Positions 12,757-24,397 are shown, numbered from the stretch's first letter. The stretch is DNA of 63,814 bases from Felis catus (GCF_018350175.1 NC_058368.1:49290001-49353814), one strand, 5' to 3'. Numbers and translations are program-made. The notes: a model not told the origin generated them from the letters alone.

Positions 12757-13838
12757 TTTTATTTCTATTTTTTAATTTAAATTTTAGTTATTTAATATAC
12801 AGTGCAATATTTGTTTCAGTAGAATTCAGTGATTCATCACTTACATACAACATCCAGTGCTCACCATAATAAGTGCCCTCCTTAGTACCCATCACCCATC
12901 TAGTCCATCTCCCACCCTCCTCCTTCCATCAACCTCGGTTTGTTCTCTATTGGCAAGAGTCTGTTGTGGTTTGTTTCCTTCTCTCCTCTTTCCCCCCACT
13001 TCCCATATATTCATCTGCTTTGTTTCTTAAATTCCACATGTGCATGAAATCATATGGTATTTTTTTCTCTGATTGACTTACTTCATGTAACAGAATACAT
13101 TCTAGTTCCCTGCACGTCATTGTAAATGGCTAGATTTCATTCTTTTTGATGGCCNNNNNNNNNNNNNNNNNNNNNNNNNNNNNNNNNNNNNNNNNNNNNN
13201 NNNNNNNNNNNNNNNNNNNNNNNNNNNNNNNNNNNNNNNNNNNNNNNNNNNNNNNNNNNNNNNNNNNNNNNNNNNNNNNNNNNNNNNNNNNNNNNNNCTA
13301 TTGTTGACAATGCTGCTATTGGGGTGTATGAACCCCTTAGAATTTGTATTTTTGTATTCTTTGGGTAAATATCAATAGTGTAATTGCTGGATCATAGGGT
13401 ATTTCTATTTTTAGTTTCTTGAGGAACCTCCATACTGTTCTCCATACGGCACCAGTCTGCATTCCCACAACAGTGTAACAAGGTTCCCTTTATCCACATC
13501 CATGCCAACATCCATTTTTTCTTGTGGTATTAATTTTAGCCATTCTGTCAGGTGTAAGGTGGTATTTCATCATGGTTTCTATTTGTATTTCCCTGATGAT
13601 GAGTGATGTTGAGCATCTTTTCATGTATCTGTTAGCCATCTGGATGTCTTCTTTGGAAGAATGTCTATTCATGTCTTCTGCTCATTTCTTAACTGGGTTT
13701 TTTGTTTTTCAGGTGTTGAGTTTGGTAAGTTCTTTATAGATTTTGGATACTAACCCTTTATCAGATATGTCATTGCAAATATCTTTTCCCATTATCAGAT
13801 ATGTCATTTATAAATATCTTCTCCCATTCTGTAGGCTG
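12757..13838 (-). mobile_element. 5'-truncated carnivore L1 (ORF2 C-terminus + 3' UTR), spans an N gap
   Basis: Minus ORF 13490-13672 [41 protein letters not shown] is L1 ORF2p C-terminal sequence; degenerate TSD aaaggggacacattttta / aaaggcaatacattttta. Confidence 0.95.
13155..13297. other. Assembly gap (N run)
   Basis: Run of n. Confidence 1.
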
Positions 13839-14712
13839 AAAGGCAATACATTTTTAATATATAATTAAATATGATAAAAATACATAAGCATTTAATTCTG
13901 AACTTTCCTACTACTGAGTGAATTCTAAGTTTATTTTCAATAGCTATGTCATTGAATGTAACTATAGTAAAGAAACTGTTGAAAACTACCTAAATTATCT
14001 GCTCTGTGATATGAGTCACCCATAGGTGCACATTTACATTTTAATTATTTATATATCTAACATTAAAAGCTAAAACCAATTGAAAAGAATAACAGCTAAG
14101 TTCTAGATTTATCTGCTCCAAATAAAAGACCGAAAGCAAAATTGAGGCTCCTTGATTTGCATGTGGATTTGGGCAATTCCTTATCTAACTCAATTCACTC
14201 CTCCAGAGAGTATAGGTATCTCATACAAATGAGAGCTGAAAATTTCCCAACCATTTACCTAAGAACTGGGAGGTAGATGCGTCTCATCCCTAACTAAATC
14301 AGAGTTCTTCAGGGATCTGTACTCATACGTTCATGTAAAGTGGTCCTATTTGGGTCAGTGATAGGTTTTTGGTCTTTTGCCCTATTACTCTCAGCCTCCT
14401 TTGAAGAATGTCAGAGAGTCAACGGCTAGAAATCAGTCAGGGAAGTAAGATCCCTTCTACAAAGGAGGGGGGACTCCACAAGTATTTCTTCTCTTTTCTC
14501 CAAATTCAGAGTCTTCTCACTTTAAGTCTCAAAGATGGAAATGTTGAGTGGAAGGTAAGTTACTTACTACCAAATAATCACTTGGGGGCTTAAATGAGAC
14601 TAAAAGATGCCTCATTTTGTAAGTTTGTTGTTATCATTGTTAAAATACCTCATTTGTCCAAAACGAATTTCCCAGAGCACAAATACTATAGCATAAAATG
14701 AAAATCAAGATA

Positions 14713-14955
14713 GGGGTGCCTGGGTGGCTCAGTCGGTTGAGCGTCCGACCTCGGCTCAGGTCATGATCTCGTGGTCCATGAGTTCGAGCCCCGCGTTGGG
14801 CTCTATGCTAAAAGCTCAGAGCCTGAAGCCTGCTTCGGATTCTGTGTCTCCCTCTCTCTCTCCCCCTCCCCTGCTCATGCTCTGTCTCTGTCTCAGAAAT
14901 AAATAAAACATTAAAAAATTTTTTTAATAAACATTAAAAAAATTTTTGAAAAAAA
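14713..14955 (+). mobile_element. Felid Can-SINE
   Basis: Full head and body; 13-bp TSD gaaaatcaagata (14700-14712, 14956-14968); duplicated tail unit. Confidence 0.97.
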
Positions 14956-15897
14956 GAAAATCAAGATAAAGTTGAATAGATTAGTTGAACTAATAAAGTT
15001 CAACTAATAAAGTTGAACTAAGAAGAAGTGCTGATGGAGACTCATGTAAAATAGGGAGTTTTCATTTTAAAGATGAGCAGGACAGGAAAATAATTAATTG
15101 TGTGTCTGCCATTTAAGTACAAATTCCAACTGCCAACAGGGTACCATTAATTCTTGTTCTGAGAAAAAATATCTTTGCCTTCTTTTCAAAAGACTCTTTA
15201 TTTAATCTCTCTGGAATTTTTGTTTCATATTTTAAGTTTCCTACCTCAGTTGCTAATGGACAAAATTTCTCTTTGTCTTCAGCCGTTCTTAAGGAGAAAC
15301 AGTGGCATTTCTCTTTATTTCTACTGGGGTTGATTTGAGCCTGGTTATTGGAAATTCATATCTATGATTAAGCAGGAAGAAAGTGATGTGGTTAGAGCAA
15401 AAAGACTGACAAAAACACATCAGGGTAATGTAAAAAATCAAAATATTTTAAGTTATTAGAGGCTTCAATTAAAATAAGTATTGAATAGACAGATCAAATG
15501 GGGTAAAACTATTTGGTAATCGTTCATTTGATCCTTCATTATTTACTTTCAAATGAATGGTACATGTTGATATATAAAATTAATGTATATAAAATTCCTT
15601 TAAGAGTTTAGTGGGAAAAGTCACCAAGTATGATTATATTTGTGTGTGTGTATATAAACATATACATATGGTAGATAAGGGAGAAAGATTCTTGGTACAA
15701 AAGGAAGGTTGCAGGCAAAGGTGTAAATTAAGCTTTAGTGATGTAAATAGTATTCAGAATTTGGAACAATCATATTGGATTCTCATTTTTTTTATTAAAA
15801 CATTTAAATAGCTTCATACATTAAAAGTATAGATAACTCCTTAAACCAGAGATCAAATTCATAGCAATCATACTCGACAAATTTGAAAGTATAAATA

Positions 15898-16256
15898 AGA
15901 TTGCAAGATTTAGCAACTAAACACACAATACTAGTTAAATGCAAATTTCAGACACACCACAAATAATTTTTAGTGTAAGTATATTCCAAATATTGCATGG
16001 GACATGGAGAAAAGGCTGCATGGCAAGAATGAATTTTTGCTTGAAACAAAAATTAAGGCTGACTCTTGGCAGCTAAAATTGGTACTTCCATGGCAGACAC
16101 ACAGTTATTTTCCTGTCTGCTTATCTCTAAAATGGAAATCCCCTTACTTTATATGAAAATTTGTCAACATGGGACACACTTATATTTTAAAAATTACTTG
16201 TTGTATATTTGAAGATAAAATTTAACTGGGAATCCTGTATTTTATCTGGCAGCACT
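15898..16256. mobile_element. MER53-like palindromic MITE interrupted by a 163-bp insert
   Basis: Left arm ...agttaaatgcaaatttcagac...aaataatttttagtgtaagtatattccaaatattgcatgggaca; right arm catgggacacacttata...aaatttaactgggaatcctgtattttatctggca. Confidence 0.75.
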
Positions 16257-16274
16257 AGAAAATACCAGAATTAC

Positions 16275-16345
16275 TTTTTCTGTTAATGTTTATTTATTTT
16301 GAGAGAGAGAAGGCAGGAGGGGTAGACAGAAAGAAAGAAATCCCA
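16275..16345 (-). mobile_element. Truncated Can-SINE 3' fragment
   Basis: aatgtttatttattttgagagagagaaggcaggaggggtagacaga...aatccca. Confidence 0.7.
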
Positions 16346-16437
16346 TGTGTGTTTCTCATTTATCACATAGTGTATATCTAACAATTTATTCATTTTATTG
16401 CTTGGTACTAATCTTTTGTAATAAACCCTTTCAACAG

Positions 16438-16507
16438 AAATGAGACAAAAAGTACACGTTTCATGAAAACTTAACTAGTGAATTCCCATTTCTCAGGACA
16501 ATTGATG
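16438..16507 (+). pseudogene. Candidate pseudo-exon (70 nt)
   Basis: ccctttcaacag| ... gatg|gtaagt; one frame reads K*DKKYTFHENLTSEFPFLRTID. Confidence 0.4.
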
Positions 16508-17695
16508 GTAAGTAATTTCTTTGTCTCTATTTACCATCGAACATGGAGGCAATTCTAACAGCAAAAATTCTGAAAACCTGAAGACACAAAGCTGCTAAAG
16601 AACTACTATTATCTACCTCAAAAGCTAGTAGTTATATTGACCATTTAATGAATCCATCTGAAGAAAATGACTTAACACATAGCTACAGGGGTATTTGCAT
16701 ATAACTTTGTGAAGCATAACTTTTCAATTAGATCAAATGACTTTTCTTCTAAATTAACTTATTTTTTAGTTCTAAGTTTTCTTATGTATATATAAATAAA
16801 GCAGTAGCTGTTAATATATTGGTTCCATTAACTGAAATAAAACATTTAAAATAGTTAATAAAACCAGCTTTATATTATTGTCATCAAAGTCCTCAAATAG
16901 ATAATCAGATTAATTTTTTAAATGCTCTGTTCTCAACCAATTTATAAAATCAAAGACTCTTTTTAAGTTAATTCTTTCAATTGAACATCCAACCTGGGTC
17001 TGAAGGCCGCTGTAAATTCAGTTATAAAGTTCAACATTAAAGATAAAAGTGTGTGTGTTTTGGTTATATTTAAAATACAAATTTTGGTGAAGGACAGCAT
17101 TATTATAAAAACATTTTCATTAAATAAAAAAATCTATGGAGCAAAACTGTATTTGGATTTGGTCATCAGATACGTATGAAACAAAATTACATCCAACATT
17201 TTTTAAAAATTGCCAATTAAAAGTTGTAGTTACCTAATTTTATATTTTTACATTTACAAAAACTAATTCAATTACATAATTTTTGTTAGTAAGCTCATCT
17301 TGAATATCAAATACTTCACCATGGCACTATATGCTTTCTCTCTTTTTGGACTAATGTCAATTGTATTTTAGTGTATATGAGAATCTGGAGAACTATTTTT
17401 TAAATTAATTATCTTAAAATGATATTGAACATTTTGCAAAGGAGTCCTCAAAATTTCAGTTTTTGTTCAAAATTATTTAAAAATCTTGAGTCAAAGTATT
17501 CAGTGAATGAATTATCAGCATACTTTAGCTTTTGAACCATTTATTAAATTGCTATTATTGAAAACAGAGCTTGCAAACAGGAAGACATTAAAATTTATTA
17601 CTTAATACCAAGGGAGCAATTGAACAACTTGAATAATAAGAGCTGACATGGTGTACAATATTAAATTTTAAAATTTGATAATTGTACTTTAGAAT

Positions 17696-18306
17696 TGTGT
17701 TTTCAAAACTATCTGTGATAGGGGCGCCTGGGTAGCTCAGTCGGTTAAGCGGCCGACTTCGGCTCAGGTCATGATCTCGCGGTCCGTGAGTTCAAACCCC
17801 GCGTCAGGCTCTGTGCTGACTGCTCAGAGCCTGGAGCCTGTTTCAGATTCTGTGTCTCCCTCTCTCTCTGACCCTCCCCCGTTCATGCTCTGTCTCTCTC
17901 TGTCTCAAAAATAAATAAACGTTAAAAAAAAAAACTATCTGTGATAAAGAACCAGTTTTGTTTTTAATTTTCAATCCTGCCCAAAACAATACTTTTATAA
18001 ATTATAATAAAATTACAAAAATAAAATGGACAAAAAGTCACAAAATTCATGCCCACATTTTTTTTTACCATTAGTTTAGGTAGACATAAAATTGCTTTTT
18101 AGTAAATATAGAGAATTCATAACAGACAGAAAAAACGAATTATAAAAATTATACAAGTTGCTCAATGAAACTGTGTATACAGGCAACTAATTTAGAAATG
18201 CTATAGATGCCTTTTTGTCATTCTGCAATCATAACTCAAGTAAAAATTATGATTCAAATTGGTTCCCCGTATTAAGCACCTATACGCACACTTTCAATGA
18301 GCAGCA
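17696..18306 (+). mobile_element. Charlie4-like hAT DNA transposon, split by a SINE
   Basis: tgtgttttcaaaactatctgtgata|aagaaccagttttgtttttaattttcaatcc...caatacttttataaa resembles the Charlie4a 5' end. Confidence 0.55.
17721..17930 (+). mobile_element. Young felid Can-SINE
   Basis: CpG-rich; perfect 16-bp TSD aaaactatctgtgata (17705-17720, 17931-17946). Confidence 0.97.
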
Positions 18307-18448
18307 TGTACATCAATATTTAAAGCTTTTAATGTGACAGTTGAGCTTGATTCTTGATTGCTAACTTATCTAATCTAGGTTGGATTGACAGCAATGCTAC
18401 TTGTAAGAGATAATGTATGTCTAAAGTTGTTTCTTTTTTTTTAATTAG

Positions 18449-18536
18449 TATAAAAACATGGTAGAGAAACCGGAGCCACAAATATGTTGATGGAAAGAAA
18501 AGAAAAGATGTGTAAAACTTTTTCAACAAGCTCAAG
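18449..18536 (+). pseudogene. Candidate pseudo-exon (88 nt)
   Basis: ttctttttttttaattag| ... caag|gtatta; frame ambiguous. Confidence 0.35.
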
Positions 18537-18689
18537 GTATTATCTTTTATCTAAAATCGACTAGGTGATACTATATGTTCAAAATTCATACTTAATCCTT
18601 CAAGGGTAGCCAGTTCTGACAATTTGTCCTATAAAGCTATAGTTAAACTTGTTATATAATTTTATTAGATAAATGAATTTCCTATGCAG

Positions 18690-18791
18690 GATCTTCTTGT
18701 GATGAAAACTAAAATTCGAAACATTCCATCAAATTCATGAGGTATTTGATATAAATTTTTGCAGATGTACAGTATCAAGATCACTACCTTG
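18690..18791 (+). pseudogene. Candidate pseudo-exon (102 nt)
   Basis: tttcctatgcag| ... cttg|gtaagt; 3' end reads FADVQYQDHYL in phase with the next segment. Confidence 0.45.
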
Positions 18792-18913
18792 GTAAGTGTT
18801 TAACCATAGAACATGTTAAAATAATCTATACAAACTCTGTCTTCCAAGCTTCTAACTTAGTCTTTTCTGACATTGAAACATGTGTTGCTTTCCTTCATTT
18901 ATATGCATACACT

Positions 18914-19100
18914 TAGATAAACCATGGAGACTCTTAAATACAGAGAACAAATTGAGGGTTGATGTAGGGGAGGTGGTTGGGCGGATAGGCCAGATGGGCG
19001 AGGGGCATTAAGGAGGGCACTCTTCAGGATGAGTGCTGGGTGTCATATGTAAGAGATGAGACACTGGGTTCTACTCCTGAAGCCAAGACTACACTGTGTG
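18914..19100 (+). mobile_element. Carnivore L1 3' UTR fragment
   Basis: gagactcttaaatacagagaacaaattgagggttgatg...ggcattaaggagggcac...ctactcctgaagccaagactacactg. Confidence 0.9.
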
Positions 19101-19279
19101 CTTAGATTTTTTAAACACTTGGATTTAATTGCATTTAAATTTTTTGAAAAATGTAAAAGTAAATAAAGCCTTGATGTCATAAATTCTAAAAAAAAAAATC
19201 CAAATATATTAATAAGTACATCTACTGTTCAATATACAGGTTTGAAAAACTGGAACCAAATTGCTTTCTTATCTCACAG

Positions 19280-19410
19280 AAACTCATTCTCTACAGAATT
19301 TTAACCTCGATAACAATCGTAATCCACATGCAATAGCAGTTGTAGATGATCAATTTCCCTATTATCACATACTAGACAATACTCTCAAATTTAACATCTG
19401 TATAAAACTA
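19280..19410 (+). pseudogene. Candidate pseudo-exon (131 nt, stop-free)
   Basis: ttgctttcttatctcacag| ... |gtatga; (E)THSLQNFNLDNNRNPHAIAVVDDQFPYYHILDNTLKFNICIKL. Confidence 0.55.
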
Positions 19411-19429
19411 GTATGAAATCTCTTAAAAC

Positions 19430-19635
19430 TTTTTTTTTATGTTTTATTTTTGAGAGTAAGAGAGACAGAGCATGAACGGGGGTGGGGCAGGGAGAGAGGG
19501 AGACACAGAATCCAAAGCAGTCTCCAGGCTCTGAGCTGTCCGCACAGAGCCCAACTTGGGGCTCAACTCATAGACCACGAGATCATGACCTGAGCTGAAG
19601 TCAGACGCTTGACTGACTGAGCCACCCAGCCTCCC
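19430..19635 (-). mobile_element. Felid Can-SINE
   Basis: Poly-T...gagacacagaatccaaagcag...gagatcatgacctgagctgaagtc...gagccaccca. Confidence 0.95.
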
Positions 19636-20149
19636 ACAGCCTACCTTTTAATAAACCTTTTAGGGTCATGTGTGAGCTGGTCTGTTGGATTAATAACCTG
19701 AGGAGCCCAAGACACAAAGGAAGACTACATTACCATCCAACAATTTCCCCCACATCTTCACTGAGGGTGATACCCTAAAATTGGGCAGGAAAAAATGGAG
19801 CAGGAGAAACTGCCTTTGGCACTCCAGGTTTTCAGTTAAGGAAGACTGGGAGAGAGGCAGAAAAGCTACGTGAAATCTCAGGGGTAATTCCTGTTTACAG
19901 AGTGTAGGCCAGCCAGAGCCACCCTCCAAAAGCCAAGAATGGTAACAGGGATGAAAAAGATCACCCAAGGCACAGAAAGGACAGGATGGAGAGCAAAAAC
20001 AATTTCCCAAACCACCCCAAAAATGCTGAGAATCAAAATGTCAAGTGAAAAGAGCTCTTCCATAGTTCAGAAGTCATGCCGTTCAGCTGTGAATTTCAGC
20101 ACAAACACTGAAACTTGCCAGTGCTGGGATCCTAGGTCCTGCTGAAGGG

Positions 20150-21389
20150 AAAGGCTAGATGCATTGTGGATCCCATCATGCATTGTTGCCATTGTTTTAT
20201 TGAGCCAGTAATTATTTTCCTTCCATTGAATTCTTCTGATACGTAATATATCTCCACATTATTAACTCCTTACCATTGTTTTATTGACCCAGTGATCATT
20301 TTCCTTCCATTGACCCCTTCTGATACCTGATATATCTCCGTATTATTAACCCAACTTGCAGTCATGATGGAAAAAAAAATAGACTCTGAGCTCTAAAGAA
20401 CAAAGCATTTCTGAAAAAGTCATTAGAGCAATGTCTATAGAGACCAGGAATACAATGAGTTAAGAACAAATATTGGGGTTATTTTTTCTACTTAGTTCAC
20501 TTTTTCTCCTGATTCTTCAAATGCTTTATAGGAGTTATTCAACCCCAGGGACTCTACTTTCCCCCCCAAATTGGTGTGTCTATCATATTAAAGGATTCTT
20601 ACATTGCCATATATGGGCTGTGCCCTCTAGGACACTTATATAAAACCAATCATTTGCTTGTTTTCCACAATCAACCAATCTCTTGGTAAGTAAGCCTCCT
20701 GGACGCACATAGGAAATGAAGCCACATATTCTAATCTGGAGAATTACCCAGAAGAATTACTAATTTACCTTTGTATATACACCATCCAAGCAATAGCTCC
20801 TATAGCAGTGTTTATACAATTGGAAAAGATGGTAAGAATTTAAATCTTAGCTGACATTATAAAGTATACTTCCAAAGCTATTAAAGCTCATTAGATCAAC
20901 CTAAACTTTTTAGTCCAAGTAGTAAAAATCATAGTAATAACTTCAGGTTTTCTATTAGCTTGTCAGTGTGATAACTTTGTCATGGTTAACACTTCAACTG
21001 TACTTGGATAAAAACTACTGGTGAAAGAGAACAAGTCAACTCTAAGATGATGCTCACCTGGCTCTTCATAGTAGACCCAAATAGATTCTGAGGTAAGTTT
21101 TCTTGCTCTGGATTCTAATCATCATTTTGCTCTCACCATTTTGTGTTAATGACCAAATGTGGACTCTCCAGAGTCTTAAATGCTTCTGCATAGCCACTGT
21201 CACATCACATGAGTTAGCAACTCCTCCTCACTTGATAAAAGGAAGAAAAAGGGCAAAACATGGTCCAAACTGTTGCTTGTGGTTTCTCAGGTAATATACC
21301 ATCTAGAGATTATGACAGTAATATAGATCTGGTATGAGAGACTTCTCTGCCTGCCTCTCTGGCCTGGCTACAGGCTGGCCAGAGGAGAA
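20150..21389 (+). mobile_element. ERV1 (gammaretrovirus-like) env remnant and polypurine tract
   Basis: ~20790-21040 translates with stops/frameshifts to QLEKMVRI*ILADIIKYTSKAIKAH*INLNFLVQVV...FLLACQ...VNTS/CTWIKTTGE, a class I env TM heptad/ISD/CX6CC-region layout; purine tract agaggagaa directly before the LTR TG; 5' boundary uncertain. Confidence 0.75.
20189..20356. repeat. 84-bp tandem duplication (2 diverged copies)
   Basis: ccattgttttattgagccagtaattattttccttccattg... recurs at 20273. Confidence 0.95.
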
Positions 21390-21750
21390 TGGTTCAGAAA
21401 AGACTAAGAATAGGAACAATCACCTCCATCAGACATGCAAGCCTGAGAACAATCACTTATCAGTTATATACTTAAAACCACAGAATGTCATATGACTTGC
21501 ATAATATTACTTAGTTCAGAGTATCATCCACTTTGCATTGATTCCCCCATCTTAAGAAATCAATCAATCCAAAGGCTCACTCTGCTTCTGATATTATACC
21601 CTGAGAACTTCCAAGGCCAATCCATAAGCAATACAAGCTCAAACTTTCTTTGTTAAGATGCCTTTTTAGGATTTTCCTTGTGTTAGTTCTCCCCTACTGT
21701 ACCATGGCAATAAATCTTCAGTCTTACTCTTTGAGTAAGAGACTTTCCAC
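21390..21750 (+). mobile_element. ERV1 3' LTR
   Basis: Starts with TG after the purine tract; ccaat boxes; aataaa at 21709-21714; 3' end approximate. Confidence 0.65.
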
Positions 21751-21953
21751 ACGTAGAATACAGAAACATAACATAGATGCAAAATATATCCAATTAGATT
21801 ATAGATTAATAAAAACATGCATAGCTCAAAAAAGGAAAAAATGATCAAGCAGAACCTAAGAATCTATAAGCCAGTGATCTCTCATCATAAAGCATAAAAG
21901 TGCTATATCGTTTGCTAACTCTTAAAAAATGGAATTTTAAACTATTCTAATAA

Positions 21954-22025
21954 TTATTAGTCATACTGAGTCATGGCTGGTATGAAAATTTAGAAGAATA
22001 TCCCAGAGTAAAATAACAACATTTG
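21954..22025 (+). pseudogene. Candidate pseudo-exon (72 nt)
   Basis: LLVILSHGWYENLEEYPRVK*QHL|gtacta; needs a mutated acceptor (AA in place of AG). Confidence 0.35.
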
Positions 22026-23373
22026 GTACTAATGACCACTGAAGAAGCAACCTTGGGTTGAAGACAGCTTGCCATACAAGACAGGACACTTAACTTTGGA
22101 CTTTAGTCTTCTCATACATAAAATGGAATAATAATGTCTACCATGCTTAACTGAAAGTGTTACTCAAAGAGAAAAATTAAATAATGAATGTGTTAAAAAT
22201 GGTAAAATACCAAGTACTGCACAAACTTAGATGATTGTGACTGGGCATATGCTTTAGGTTTCATACAGCTTTTTTCCTGGATTCACACGATTGCCACACC
22301 TACCCACTCTGCTATCCCCAGGCTCATCCATCCCACATTCCCATGCAAAAAAATAATCAAAATATTACATCTTTTAGAAGATAGACTCTGTGCATTGTGA
22401 ACCAAAGATCCCATTCAATTTGTTCATTTACTTTAATTTGAACCAGTAGTAGGGTTGAGGGATCTGAGGTGCAGCATAACAAGTCAACTTCAGTAAATGC
22501 CAACACTGAGAAATCAACTTCTCCTAGCGCTTTGGGTAGCTATATGAATCAAAAAACAATTCATTTAAAATGTAATTTTGCATGCGATTAATCTATAATC
22601 TGCTCTGATTGCCTGTGGTACATTTTTATAATTATAAATTGAATGAAGAATAAAGATAATTCATATAATCTTATTGGCTAAGGCACAGGGCATTAATTCA
22701 GTTTATAATAGCAATAATGACCTCAGCCCAGGACATTTCCAGGCAATTAATGACTGGTTGGAGTTAATGGCCCGAGTTTCAGCCAAGGACCATCAACTCC
22801 TCCTCGCTGGTCATCAATCCTCAGAAATGCCCAGTGCTCCAGACCCATTCAGAGTTTGACATCATCCCAACTTTTAATTTTCAAGTAAATTTGTTGCTCT
22901 ACTCTTTTTCCTAAAAACCCATTTTACTTGTAAACTAAGTAAAAAATATTTTTTTCAATAGATTAATTCATAGAACATAATAATTGAATGTTATAGAGGC
23001 ATGATATTTTAAGTAGTATTGTAGTATTAAAAACATAGTACAGATCCAAAACCTAAGACGCCAATTTTTACAACTCTATGAATGCCTCAAGATCAGTCCT
23101 GTTAAGGAGAGCCTGGATCGTGAGTTCCCACTTTCATGGTTTTATTTTATGTATACTAGAGAGGAAGTTGGAACTAAGCTGTACTCCACATATTTCTACT
23201 TTCTACCTAATAAGCTGTCCTGCTTGACTTTAAATTCTTTCCTAGGATGAGTAGGAGACAGCAGAGAGAAACACGATTTTTAATATGCGAGCCCAAGCGA
23301 TACCACATGACAATATCATCAGTCATTTCAAGCTCTTCTAGAGGACTTAACATATTTTTTTTCCATCTCACAG

Positions 23374-23525
23374 GAGACATATGAAACAGATGACCTGGAT
23401 CACCAGCATGTTACACACGGGCTCTTTGTGAACCATTCAAGTAGAGAGAGGGATTCGGCCAGCCAGTCCCTATCTCTATGGGAAGCCACCACGATGCTGC
23501 TCACCCAGGGAGTCACAGCCTACAG
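23374..23525 (+). pseudogene. Candidate pseudo-exon (152 nt, stop-free)
   Basis: ttttttttccatctcacag|; ETYETDDLDHQHVTHGLFVNHSSRERDSASQSLSLWEATTMLLTQGVTAY(R); donor appears mutated (|gaaaag). Confidence 0.5.
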
Positions 23526-24273
23526 GAAAAGCACTATACTGTCTCATTGAGTTTGCCCCCTACTAGCTTTCCCCCAGCACTTAAAAAAAAAAAAAAAAAA
23601 CCACACATACCAAAACTGATTTCTTTGTTGTTTCAATCCATTATGGGAAAGACAGAAGTCATGAAATGACAGTGTAAAGTGGCCTGTACAGTCAGGGTCA
23701 CTGGCCCGGAAAGCATGAATTCAGACCACCTGTGACTGTTAATGAAAGAAAAGATGCCTTCATTCAGAGATTACATGTGCTCATATTCCTGTCGTGGCTG
23801 AACTTCTTGCCTTCTATTCATTATTTATCTGAAAAGGCAAGCCTTTTAGAAATATGTATGTTATATTCGAGTGGACTATTCATTATCATTATTACCTACA
23901 TTAAGAGCCAATGTCTACAACAAGCTTCATGCAGCCTATGCAAAGTCATTGTCTCTATAAGGAAAGGGAAAGCCCCTCAGAAACTGAACTGATGCCTCCC
24001 AGAAGGGATTTCTCAATGGGAATTGGAGATGTGTGGCCAAAGAATAAAGTCTGGTTATCAAAGATGATTGATAAGAATAGTCAAAATAATGTTAATATTA
24101 ATGCACTCTTTAAAAATAAAACATTGCATTCCCATGTTTTCTTACTTACTGAGATGATGAGTATCTATCATTATAACCAATATTTTTCCTGTCAAAAGGC
24201 AGACATGAAATAATTCAAAAACTGTCACAAAGAACAATTACATATTGATGGTTTGATGCTTGATGGAGCCAAA

Positions 24274-24296
24274 GGGCGGCGGGGGGGGGGGGGGGG
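24274..24296. repeat. Poly-G tract
   Basis: gggcggc followed by a long G run. Confidence 0.9.
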
Positions 24297-24397
24297 AGTC
24301 CAGAATACAGGATGCTGCCCCATGCTGTAGGATACCTCCAGCTACCCAGGGGCCACGCGTATGTGTGGGACAATCAAGATATTAAGAATTATTGAGT

